Virus record (IMG/VR): IMGVR_UViG_2848092901_000003
Coordinates: 1-64,000 of that record
Strand: one strand, 5' to 3'
DNA from: a virus
Taxonomy: Duplodnaviria > Caudoviricetes
DNA: 64,000 bases
The notes beneath the pieces were generated by a model. The model was not told the origin of the DNA. It did no database searches and saw only the letters and a program-made list of their open reading frames with translations. Shown here in pieces: positions 38,313-47,111 of this stretch. The position numbers were made by a program, and so were the translations under genes. Every line of letters starts with the position of its first letter. Position 1 is the first letter of the stretch.

Positions 38313-39080
38313 ATGGGCTTTCAATACAACGGAATTTCTTCTCAGTCCATGGATATCAAGGCCCGTCTTACCGGCTGGCAGATGGTTCCCACTCTTCGGA
38401 GCAATACGGAAACTGTCCCCGGCAAAGCGGGCCTTGCGGACTTTGGGGCAGACAGCGGTGAGCGGTACATCGATGTTTCCTGCAATGTCTATCCACAGAA
38501 AACCTTTGCCGGTTTGGTGGCGGTTTTAGATCAGGCGGCGGCATGGCTCGACCCTACGGCGGGGACAAAACAGCTTGTACTGGACGATGTGCCGGACCGG
38601 TATTTTATGGCCCGGCTTTCCGATACGGTGGATTGTGAACGGCTCCTGCGGTCGGCCGGTTCCTTTACCCTCCGTTTTCTTTGCCCCGACCCTTATGGTT
38701 ACGCACTGGATGATGAAACCTTTACCCTCTCCCAGGCGGGGGAGCATGAGGTGGAGCGTGAAATCGGAAACACAGACTCCGAGCCGGTGTATTCTCTGCA
38801 AGGAACAATTTCCTCTGGCGCGATTGTACTCACGACCAATGGAGAAAACCTGCGAGTGGTTGGCCCGCTGGTTGCGGGGGAAGTGCTGGTAATCGACACC
38901 GGCATGGTCACAGCCAAAGTGACGGACAGCGCGGGCAATACCCTGCGAAACGGCCTGTCCTGTTTGGAGGAGCTGAATTTCCCGGTACTGCGCCGGGGTG
39001 TGAATGAGGTTGATATCGCGGTTGAAGGCAGCGCCGTTTTTACCGAACTTCACATACAGGCAAAGAGCCGATGGAGGTAA
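38313..39080 (+). CDS. Distal tail protein (Dit)
   Basis: Follows the tape measure gene; KQLVLDDVPDRYF, FLCPDPYGY. Confidence 0.85.
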   Translation: MGFQYNGISSQSMDIKARLTGWQMVPTLRSNTETVPGKAGLADFGADSGERYIDVSCNVYPQKTFAGLVAVLDQAAAWLDPTAGTKQLVLDDVPDRYFMARLSDTVDCERLLRSAGSFTLRFLCPDPYGYALDDETFTLSQAGEHEVEREIGNTDSEPVYSLQGTISSGAIVLTTNGENLRVVGPLVAGEVLVIDTGMVTAKVTDSAGNTLRNGLSCLEELNFPVLRRGVNEVDIAVEGSAVFTELHIQAKSRWR

Positions 39081-39083
39081 GCG

Positions 39084-41606
39084 ATGGCAGTAAAAACTAC
39101 TTTGACTGCGCAGGAGGACTTTACCGGGGAATTTCCATCTGAATGGGCAGGCTCCGGCCTCTGGCGCTTTAACGAGTCCGAACCGGACAGCAACGACCGG
39201 CTGATGGATTCTTCCGGCAATGGCCGGGATTTCAATATTATCAACTGGAGCGGCACCACGGCAAACCTGCTGGAAGGCTGGCGTGGACATTATTTCCGCT
39301 TCAACATCAATAACCCAACCTCGGAGAAAACATATCTTCAAGCCGTAAACGACGGCTCGATTTTCTCCTCGCTGGGGGAACGGATTGTGGTGGGCGGCTG
39401 GATGAACCCCACCATTTACTCGGTAGGCAATACCTTCTGCCCTATTTTTAACACAAGGCAGGGGCCGGGCCAGCCGATCCTGTATCTTTCGCTGTATTCC
39501 GGGCGGCCCCGCCTAATGCTCTATAATTCCTCCGGCTCCCTGATTTTGGACGAGTCGGTAACGCCCCCGTTTTCTCTGGCAAACAACGGCTGGTATTTCC
39601 TCGCCGCTGTGATCGAGCCGGACGCATACAAAGCCTGCTATGTGGTAGGCGACCGCAGCACCGGTACAGTCTGGATCTCAAATGAGCTGACGATTGAGGG
39701 TGAACTGAACCGTTCCTGTACCGCCGACCTTATCATGGGGATGCACGCTGACACCTATTATTACGCAGGCGGCTTTGATGATTGGTTTCTGGATACGGAT
39801 TCCTCTTTGACTGCCGAAGATCTGGCGGAATATTTTAAGGTCACTCTGTTTGCCAACGGCGGAGATATGTCCGGTGACGTGGATGCGCTCACCGAGCCGG
39901 GGAGCGTTACCCTTAGAAGCTCGGACGGAGCCTATCCATCCAGCGGGCAGCTTATTACAAAGGCGGCAGCCTGCTCCCTTTCCGGTACAGGACGCGTGGC
40001 TGCGACCAGCGAATATACAGCGGGCGTGACTGCCATTGAACAAGTGGAAACCTCCACTTCGGATGATTTGGAGGAATGGTCTGCCTGGCAGGCTATCGGC
40101 ACCAGCGGCGAGCTACAATCTCCGAACCGGCAGTATATCCGCTTCCGTGTGACGCTTGCCACTGAGGATACCAGCCGAACTCCGAAGCTGTTGGAAATCC
40201 AGCTCCACGATATACCGAAGGCCCCCTATGAAAAGCTGGGCTTTGCGCGCCCGGTAGTGCTGGACGCAAACGGCGCTTGGGAAGCGGTTCTGGAAAATGC
40301 CTTTGATATTGTTGTCACCAGCGAAGTCAACGGGGCTGATACCATGGAATTTTATCTGCCTTTCCATGATCCCAAGCGGGCCATGCTGGACAATGAAAAG
40401 CAGGTGCAGATCGTCAATGACATTTACCGCATACGAACCCTCACCGATACGAAGGACACCGATGGCCGGATTGTGACGCAGATTTATGCCGAAGCTGCTT
40501 TTTATGACCTGTCCTTTTCTGAGGAAAAAGAAACGGTGGATTTTAACGCGGATACCGCCGAGGCTCCCATGCGCCACGCGCTGGAAGGCACCGGCTGGTC
40601 GGTGGGAACGGTCAACGTCACCACTCTGCGCACATGGCAGTGTACGGAGAAAAACGCCCTTTCCATCCTGCGGGCCACGCAGAATATCCACGGCGGCGAC
40701 CTGATTTTTGATTGCCCGAACCGGCTCGTCCATCTTCTTACCTTTGGCGGGAATGACAGCGGCGCTCTGTTTGCATATCGCAAAAATCTCAAAAGTATTG
40801 AGCGGGTGGTGGATACCCGCAGCCTGGTAACAAGGCTCTATGCCTATGGCAAGGATGGAATGACGTTCGCCTCGATCAATGGCGGCAAGGACTATGTGGA
40901 GGATTTCTCCTATACCACCGAAGTACGCATTTCCACGCTGGACTGCTCGAACTTCACCAATCCCTATCAGATGCTGGAATACACGCAGATGCGGTTGGCG
41001 GAATATGCGCAGCCCCGCGTTTCCTATGTTCTCTCCGCAATGGATTTGTCGGCCCTTACCGGGTATGAGCATGAGGCGTGGGCGCTGGGCGACATTGTAA
41101 CGGTGGATGATAAAGACCTCAACCTGTCGGTAAAAACCCGCGTGGTGCGCCGCCAGTACAATTTGCAGGAGCCGTGGAAAACTGTGCTGGAACTTTCCAC
41201 TACCCTTCGGGAACTGGGTGATTCCTCCGCACAATGGGATAAGGCCGCCGATGTGCTGGCATCCACCGATGTGATTGACCGGCAGGAAGTAAAGGACTTG
41301 GTGCCTTTTAACCATCTGCGTAATTCCCGCGCCGACAGCGGCATGAATTACTGGACGAACTCCGGCTTTGAGGTGGATGCGGAAAACGGCGTTTCCGGTA
41401 CGGCTTCCTTCAAGGCAGAGGGCGTTTTGGGTATGACAAAAAGCCTGACACAGACGGTCTACCCGGCCAGCCGCCGGAGCTATACCTTTTCAGCGCAGAT
41501 TGCCTCGGAGGATTTGCAGAAAGGCCCCAGCGGGCAGGTCGGCATCGAAGTAACCTTTGAATATGAGGACGGTTCCACGGAAACGCGGTTCATCGACCTC
41601 TTTTAA
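39084..41606 (+). CDS. Tail spike/Tal-like protein with N-terminal LamG/ConA-like domain and C-terminal beta-sandwich
   Basis: LWRFNE..LMDSSGNG LamG-like start; central prophage-tail region (VTRLYAYGKDG, LGDIVTVDD). Confidence 0.78.
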   Translation: MAVKTTLTAQEDFTGEFPSEWAGSGLWRFNESEPDSNDRLMDSSGNGRDFNIINWSGTTANLLEGWRGHYFRFNINNPTSEKTYLQAVNDGSIFSSLGERIVVGGWMNPTIYSVGNTFCPIFNTRQGPGQPILYLSLYSGRPRLMLYNSSGSLILDESVTPPFSLANNGWYFLAAVIEPDAYKACYVVGDRSTGTVWISNELTIEGELNRSCTADLIMGMHADTYYYAGGFDDWFLDTDSSLTAEDLAEYFKVTLFANGGDMSGDVDALTEPGSVTLRSSDGAYPSSGQLITKAAACSLSGTGRVAATSEYTAGVTAIEQVETSTSDDLEEWSAWQAIGTSGELQSPNRQYIRFRVTLATEDTSRTPKLLEIQLHDIPKAPYEKLGFARPVVLDANGAWEAVLENAFDIVVTSEVNGADTMEFYLPFHDPKRAMLDNEKQVQIVNDIYRIRTLTDTKDTDGRIVTQIYAEAAFYDLSFSEEKETVDFNADTAEAPMRHALEGTGWSVGTVNVTTLRTWQCTEKNALSILRATQNIHGGDLIFDCPNRLVHLLTFGGNDSGALFAYRKNLKSIERVVDTRSLVTRLYAYGKDGMTFASINGGKDYVEDFSYTTEVRISTLDCSNFTNPYQMLEYTQMRLAEYAQPRVSYVLSAMDLSALTGYEHEAWALGDIVTVDDKDLNLSVKTRVVRRQYNLQEPWKTVLELSTTLRELGDSSAQWDKAADVLASTDVIDRQEVKDLVPFNHLRNSRADSGMNYWTNSGFEVDAENGVSGTASFKAEGVLGMTKSLTQTVYPASRRSYTFSAQIASEDLQKGPSGQVGIEVTFEYEDGSTETRFIDLF

Positions 41607-41624
41607 TATAGAAGGGAGCGGCCT

Positions 41625-41819
41625 ATGGCTTCTTTTTCGCAAACTGCCACCGACCTGTCCCCCAAGGGGTACGGGAGGCTGCGTTCCATCACCATCCGGC
41701 TTTGTATTACGGATTGCACCGGCAGGGTGTATTTTACCGACATTATGGTGCAGGGTGGCTCCATTGCTACCGGCTGGGTGGGCCATCCCAGCGAAATCCA
41801 GTGGACGCTGGACGGGTAA
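41625..41819 (+). CDS. Small tail-module protein
   Basis: AAGGGAG RBS; ITIRLCITDCTGRVYFTDIMVQ motif. Confidence 0.65.
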   Translation: MASFSQTATDLSPKGYGRLRSITIRLCITDCTGRVYFTDIMVQGGSIATGWVGHPSEIQWTLDG

Positions 41820-41829
41820 GGAGGCTGGC

Positions 41830-42408
41830 ATGGCGGAATTTACTCGATTTTCAGAAACAATTTTGACAAAACAGGATCAGCGGGTGGTAAGCATCACCGT
41901 GAAGCCGATGATTTCTGATTGTACAGGCCGGATTTACTTCACCGACCTGATGGTACAGGAAGGCGACCGGCTCACAGGTTATGTGATAAATACAGAAACA
42001 ATTCTGCAAAAATACCGGGAGGATGGCTCCATTGTTCCTCCCCGTTTCTACAACGGCGTGGTGCGCTCGGCGGAAACGGTGGTGCTATTCAACCTCGGCT
42101 CCGATACGGCGGGGCTGGACTGCTATCTCTACCCGGTGCAGGACATGGCGGCGGGCAGCATTTCCGTGGCTTTGGGCGCGGGCGCACACAAGGCAGCTTT
42201 CCCTGCTGCGGTAAGCGCCGGGGATGAGCTGGCCCTTCTGGCTTCTTCCCGGAAATGCCTGCTCAACGGAAGCCCCACGGAAAAGCGCGGCTTCTTTCAA
42301 TACACGGCTGCCGGGGACAGCAAGCATCCGGTGACAGTAGAGGAGCATAAATCTGCCCGGCTGTTGTTTGAATTTCAGGAAATGCAGGAAGGCGGTGATC
42401 GGTTTTGA
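41830..42408 (+). CDS. Tail-module protein
   Basis: GGAGG RBS; ISDCTGRIYFTDLMVQ motif paralogous to the preceding ORF. Confidence 0.7.
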   Translation: MAEFTRFSETILTKQDQRVVSITVKPMISDCTGRIYFTDLMVQEGDRLTGYVINTETILQKYREDGSIVPPRFYNGVVRSAETVVLFNLGSDTAGLDCYLYPVQDMAAGSISVALGAGAHKAAFPAAVSAGDELALLASSRKCLLNGSPTEKRGFFQYTAAGDSKHPVTVEEHKSARLLFEFQEMQEGGDRF

Positions 42409-44879
42409 ACCGGGACTATCTAAAAGGAAGGCGGTGCATGGTCTGGTCGTTCATGCAGAACGCTCGGATGTACGAGGCTTTGCGGGACTATGGCGACCGG
42501 CTGGATACGGTGGGGATTTTTACTTTTGAGGTGGATGCCACCGGGACGCTCTCGGAAACTGGCACAAGCATTTCCTCCATGATGACCTACATCAACAAGT
42601 GGCCGCACATTCACTGGATGCTGACCGTGATGAACCACGGGACAGCCAGTATTTTCACGGCTCTGCGCAATAACACAAACGGAGCAAAAGATAAGTTTTT
42701 AACCGAGCTGGTGCGCATCATGGAAAAATACCCGTGGTGTGCCGGAGTGGACATTGATTTGGAGCGCGGCGGCGGATATGAGAACCGGGAAGCGGCAAAC
42801 TCCTTATTTCAGGCTATTTATCAGACGGTCAAAGCCTATGATTCCTCCAAACTCGTCAATATCTGCCTGCCCGGCATGACCGGCGTTCAGGGCAGTGTGG
42901 GCGGTGAAAACTGGTGCGTCTATGCCGACCTCAACCCGTACTGCGACACGGCTTCTATTATGTCTTACGGCATGGCGTGGGCAGGCAGCGCCCCCGGCCC
43001 CGTATCTCCCCGGAGCTGGTTGGAGGGCATTTACGATTACGCGGTCACGGCGATGTCCCCGGAAAAGATTTTCATGGGCCTGCCGGGATACGGCTGGAAC
43101 TGGCAGATATACGACACCCCAGAGAACTTGGGCGAAACTTACCGAGGGATTTCCAACACCTACTATGCCGCCAAGCTCTGGATGACTGGCGGCTACAACT
43201 TTACCGGGGATGCGCCGCCCCAGCCCATGATCCCCATTATTGCCTATTGGGACGATGTAGATATGGTGCCGTGGGCGCTTCCGCAGGTATATGACTACAT
43301 GGAAGGATGGGATGCTTCCTCAGTAACTTCGCCCCTGCAGCAGGAAGTCTATAACCGCAGGCGGTATCTGACCTGTTACGGGAAGGAGCAAAAGACCTCC
43401 TTCGGCACAATCTACATTGACCGTGGCGGCGGCACACCGGATTCCTACACCGGGCTTGCCACTGTGTCCGATTACATGACGGTTCTCGGTGAGGGCGCGA
43501 CAGCAACCTTTCATTTTACGATTGAGCAGGCTGGCGCCTATGACATAGCGGTACGGCTTGCTTTTCCTTTTTGGGATAAAAACGCGCTGAATGTGGCTGT
43601 GGACGGAAGCTCAAAGACCTTTTCGGAGAGCCGCCTGTGGTGGCCATACTGGCGGCGCACCTGCTGGCTTTCCTTTGCTTCCGGCAGGAACCTCTCCGCA
43701 GGCAGCCATACGCTTACGATCAGCGGCGGCGTTCCCGGTGTACAGTTTTACGGTTTCCGGGTATGCAGCAGCTTTTCTGAGGAACCGTCTGCCGGAGAGG
43801 CGGCGTTTACCCTCTCACCCCGGCAGTTTCTGGATGTGAACGGCGATCCGGCCACACCGGACAAGGGCTTTAAGCTCACCTGTGAAATGCTCCGGCGAAA
43901 ACCGGATTCGGCGCTGGTATGGTATGAGGACTTCCGGGATGATACCCCTCTGCCGGACAGCTACTGGACGACGCTCTCCGGGGAATGGTCGGTGTGGAGG
44001 GAAAGCTACACCACCGAGAACCGGCCATATTCCTTGCTGGAAGGCTCCGGCAAGCTGGCATGGAAATATGATGGATTCTCCGACCTGCATATCCGGGCGC
44101 GGGTGGGTTTTCCACAGAATGGCGGCGGACGGGCCGGGGTATTCCTTGGAAACCTGTTCTGCTGCTTAAACTACGATACTCAGCGGGTGGAGCTATACCA
44201 AGGCTCCACGCTTTTGGGGAGCTACTCCACCAGCTTTTCCAAGACCCCGGATGCGCAGCTCCACAGCGATCCGACCGTCTATACCATTGAGATGCGAAAG
44301 CGTGGAAATAGAGTCCGGGTGTATTCCGGTTCCAGCTACACCCTGCGGTTTACCGCAACGGTGAGCGCTACCTCCGGCTATGCGGGGATACAGGCGGACA
44401 ATGAGATCGTCTGCGACCTGCTGCGGGCCGGTGATGCCTGGTCTTATGAACCCTATGAGTGTTTTGACGTGGTGTATCCGGACGGGGTGCGCACCAGCTT
44501 CGGGAGGATTGCCCGCTCTGGCGTGACGTGGGACGAGGAATTTCAGATTTTCTCAGTGAACAGCGACGTGGATGAAGGTTCCACCCGCAGCGAGGATATT
44601 TCCCTCGACTATGATTTCTTTCACTCCCACCTGCTGGAAATTTCCTGCGGGAATGATTACACAGCCAAGGTGATCCCACGGGATATAAACGTCTGGACTG
44701 CCCGGCTGTTCTTGGGCGATGCGGACGGCTTTTCGATTCTTTACTATCAGGACGTGGATTCGCTGGTATATTGGGCCAACGAGGCTGCTTACCGGTGGGG
44801 CCTGCGCGGCATTGCAATCTGGTCTTTAGGACAGGAGGATATGCGGCTGTGGGAGGTCATGCCGAAACAAATAGAATAA
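42405..44879 (+). CDS. GH18 glycoside hydrolase with inserted beta-sandwich domains
   Basis: GVDIDLE (DxDxE), SIMSYG, KIFMGLPGYG, GIAIWSLGQED. Confidence 0.85.
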   Translation: MNRDYLKGRRCMVWSFMQNARMYEALRDYGDRLDTVGIFTFEVDATGTLSETGTSISSMMTYINKWPHIHWMLTVMNHGTASIFTALRNNTNGAKDKFLTELVRIMEKYPWCAGVDIDLERGGGYENREAANSLFQAIYQTVKAYDSSKLVNICLPGMTGVQGSVGGENWCVYADLNPYCDTASIMSYGMAWAGSAPGPVSPRSWLEGIYDYAVTAMSPEKIFMGLPGYGWNWQIYDTPENLGETYRGISNTYYAAKLWMTGGYNFTGDAPPQPMIPIIAYWDDVDMVPWALPQVYDYMEGWDASSVTSPLQQEVYNRRRYLTCYGKEQKTSFGTIYIDRGGGTPDSYTGLATVSDYMTVLGEGATATFHFTIEQAGAYDIAVRLAFPFWDKNALNVAVDGSSKTFSESRLWWPYWRRTCWLSFASGRNLSAGSHTLTISGGVPGVQFYGFRVCSSFSEEPSAGEAAFTLSPRQFLDVNGDPATPDKGFKLTCEMLRRKPDSALVWYEDFRDDTPLPDSYWTTLSGEWSVWRESYTTENRPYSLLEGSGKLAWKYDGFSDLHIRARVGFPQNGGGRAGVFLGNLFCCLNYDTQRVELYQGSTLLGSYSTSFSKTPDAQLHSDPTVYTIEMRKRGNRVRVYSGSSYTLRFTATVSATSGYAGIQADNEIVCDLLRAGDAWSYEPYECFDVVYPDGVRTSFGRIARSGVTWDEEFQIFSVNSDVDEGSTRSEDISLDYDFFHSHLLEISCGNDYTAKVIPRDINVWTARLFLGDADGFSILYYQDVDSLVYWANEAAYRWGLRGIAIWSLGQEDMRLWEVMPKQIE

Positions 44880-44892
44880 ATCATGGGAACTG

Positions 44893-44922
44893 GCGACTGT
44901 CCTGCGGGGCGGCCGCTTTTTT
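44893..44922 (+). terminator. Possible intrinsic terminator between tail and lysis genes
   Basis: Imperfect GC stem followed by T6. Confidence 0.45.
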
Positions 44923-44959
44923 CATACACAAAATCATTTCAGGAAACGGAGGTATCAAC

Positions 44960-45382
44960 ATGAAAGAACTTTGGAACACGGCGCAGGTGATCTTTGCGGC
45001 AATCGGAGGATGGCTGGGCTACTTCCTGGGCGGCTGCGACGGGCTGCTCATCGCCCTAGTGGTGTTCGTGGCGGTGGACTATCTCACTGGCGTGATATGC
45101 GCTGTCTCGGACAAGAAGTTGTCCAGCGAGGTGGGTTTTAAGGGCATCTGCCGGAAGGTGCTGATCTTTCTGCTGGTGGGGATCGCCAACATCGTGGATG
45201 TACAGGTTATCGGCACAGGCTCGGTGCTTCGCACGGCGGTCATTTTCTTTTATCTCTCCAACGAGGGCGTGAGCCTGCTGGAGAACGCGGCGCACCTGGG
45301 GCTTCCCGTGCCGGAAAAGATGAAGGACATCCTGGCGCAGCTCCATGACCGGGCGGAAAATACAGAAAGCGAGGGAAAATAA
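44960..45382 (+). CDS. Holin (toxin secretion/phage lysis family)
   Basis: GGWLGYFLGG, VDYLTGV, FYLSNEGVSLLENAAHLGLPVP. Confidence 0.92.
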   Translation: MKELWNTAQVIFAAIGGWLGYFLGGCDGLLIALVVFVAVDYLTGVICAVSDKKLSSEVGFKGICRKVLIFLLVGIANIVDVQVIGTGSVLRTAVIFFYLSNEGVSLLENAAHLGLPVPEKMKDILAQLHDRAENTESEGK

Positions 45383-45384
45383 CT

Positions 45385-46356
45385 ATGGCTTACACAAACA
45401 GTTCACTGGTATCTTACACAAAACTCAGCCCGAACCACTCCGGGGAGAGGACGCACTCCATCGACCGCATCACGCCCCACTGTGTGGTAGGACAATGCTC
45501 TGTGGAAACACTGGGGAATATCTTCCTGCCGGTTTCCAAACAGGCAAGCTGCAACTATGGTATCGGCGAGGACGGCAGAATCGGAATGTATGTAGAGGAA
45601 AAGAACCGCTCCTGGTGTTCCTCTTCCAATGCAAACGACCAGAGGGCGGTCACCATTGAGTGCGCGTCCGATACGACCGAGCCGTATGCCTTCAAGGATG
45701 TGGTCTACCAAAAGCTGATCACGCTCTGCGCGGATATCTGCAAGCGAAACGGCAAGAAAAAGCTCCTGTGGCTGGGAGACAAGGACAAGACGCTCTCTTA
45801 TGAGCCAAAATCGGATGAGATGGTTCTGACCGTCCACCGCTGGTTTGCCAACAAGTCCTGTCCGGGAAACTGGATGTATGCCCGGATGGGCGATCTTGCG
45901 GAAAAGGTCACGGCGCAGCTTGGCGGCGGGATATCCGGGAACACAGAGACGGAGCATCCCGAAAAGCTGACAGAGGGCTATTACCGTGTCCGCAAGACAT
46001 GGGCGGACAGTAAGACGCAGAAAGGCGCTTACAAGATTCTCTCTAACGCCAAGAGGTGCGCCGACAGCAACCCAGGCTACAGCGTGTTTGACGATAACGG
46101 GGTCAATATCTACTCGCCGGGCGGGCCTGCTTCTGCGCCGTCCGAAGATGTGCCATTTCTTGTCCAGGTCAGCATTTCTGACCTGAATATCCGCAAAGGG
46201 CCGGGAACGGACTATGCCAAGACCGGTAAGTTTACAGGAAAAGGCGTATTTACCATCATGGAGGTCAAATCCGGGCAGGGTTCCACGGCTGGCTGGGGCC
46301 GGCTGAAATCCGGCGCGGGATGGATCTCGCTTGACTACGCAGCCAAAATCAAATAA
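45385..46356 (+). CDS. Endolysin: Amidase_2 plus SH3-like cell-wall binding domain
   Basis: ITPHCVVG, TIECAS, HRWFANKSCPG; C-terminal LNIRKGPGT..GWISLDY. Confidence 0.9.
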   Translation: MAYTNSSLVSYTKLSPNHSGERTHSIDRITPHCVVGQCSVETLGNIFLPVSKQASCNYGIGEDGRIGMYVEEKNRSWCSSSNANDQRAVTIECASDTTEPYAFKDVVYQKLITLCADICKRNGKKKLLWLGDKDKTLSYEPKSDEMVLTVHRWFANKSCPGNWMYARMGDLAEKVTAQLGGGISGNTETEHPEKLTEGYYRVRKTWADSKTQKGAYKILSNAKRCADSNPGYSVFDDNGVNIYSPGGPASAPSEDVPFLVQVSISDLNIRKGPGTDYAKTGKFTGKGVFTIMEVKSGQGSTAGWGRLKSGAGWISLDYAAKIK

Positions 46357-46371
46357 CTTAACCTGCTGAAA

Positions 46372-46410
46372 GCCCATCGAGCCATAACGGTTCGGTGGGC
46401 GTATTTTTTT
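46372..46410 (+). terminator. Intrinsic terminator after the lysin
   Basis: GCCCATCGAGCC-N5-GGTTCGGTGGGC followed by T7. Confidence 0.8.
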
Positions 46411-46443
46411 CGGCCAAAATAGGCTTCTATGTCCAGATGGGTC
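46408..46443 (+). promoter_or_regulatory. Bipartite motif TTTCGGCCAA-N13-GTCCAGATGGGTC, copy 2
   Basis: Identical boxes and spacing to 8903-8938. Confidence 0.7.
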
Positions 46444-46476
46444 ATTGAGGGAAACCCTCGGAACGGAGGAACCACA

Positions 46477-46899
46477 ATGACAAATCAGCAAAAAGAACAG
46501 ATTACCGCCCTGCGCTCACAGGGATATGGATACGCCACCATCGCCAAGGCGGTGGGACTGAAGAAAGATACCGTTGTCGCGTTCTGCCGTAAGATGGGAA
46601 TGACCGGCACGAAGGCTGCAGATAACAGACGCATTGAACTGGACGCCGGATTCTGCCTGCAGTGCGGCGCTTTGCTTACGCAGACTCCCGGAAGAAAGCG
46701 AGTCAAGTTCTGCTCGGATAACTGCCGTACCGCCTGGTGGAATGCACACCCGGAAAAGGTCAACCGCAGAGCCATATACCACTTCACCTGCGCTCACTGC
46801 GGAAAGCCCTTCACTGCCTACGGCAACGCAAAAAGAAAATACTGCTCTCACGCCTGCTATATCGCAGACCGCTACAAAGGCGGTGACGGGCATGAGTGA
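46477..46899 (+). CDS. HTH plus Zn-finger protein of the recombination module
   Basis: GYGYATIAKAVGLKKDTV HTH; CLQCG, FCSDNC, CAHCG, YCSHAC. Confidence 0.75.
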   Translation: MTNQQKEQITALRSQGYGYATIAKAVGLKKDTVVAFCRKMGMTGTKAADNRRIELDAGFCLQCGALLTQTPGRKRVKFCSDNCRTAWWNAHPEKVNRRAIYHFTCAHCGKPFTAYGNAKRKYCSHACYIADRYKGGDGHE

Positions 46900-47068
46900 G
46901 GATAAATTCCGCTCTGAAATGAGCTACCTTGCCGCCCTTTCCATCGCAAAGAATCTCAGGGAAAAGGGGCTTCTGAGCGAGGAGGAATATGCCGTAATTG
47001 ATACAAATCTGCGGGCCGAGTTCTCGCCGTCTTTGGGTACATTATTATCGGAAAACGACTTGATATAA
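46892..47068 (+). CDS. SHOCT-like small protein
   Basis: LREKGLLSEEEY motif. Confidence 0.65.
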   Translation: MSEDKFRSEMSYLAALSIAKNLREKGLLSEEEYAVIDTNLRAEFSPSLGTLLSENDLI

Positions 47069-47111
47069 TTGGCTTTCAGAGTGATATATAGTGTCGGAAA
47101 GGAGTGATTTC

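Noticed and set aside
38313-44879. Diversity-generating retroelement or invertible tail cassette
   Set aside because: No reverse transcriptase, no TR/VR pair and no flanking inverted repeats seen.
9590-46491. Many long minus-strand ORFs (e.g. 11752-13218, 31665-32945, 40113-41315)
   Set aside because: Antisense shadows of GC-rich phage genes with clear plus-strand identity.
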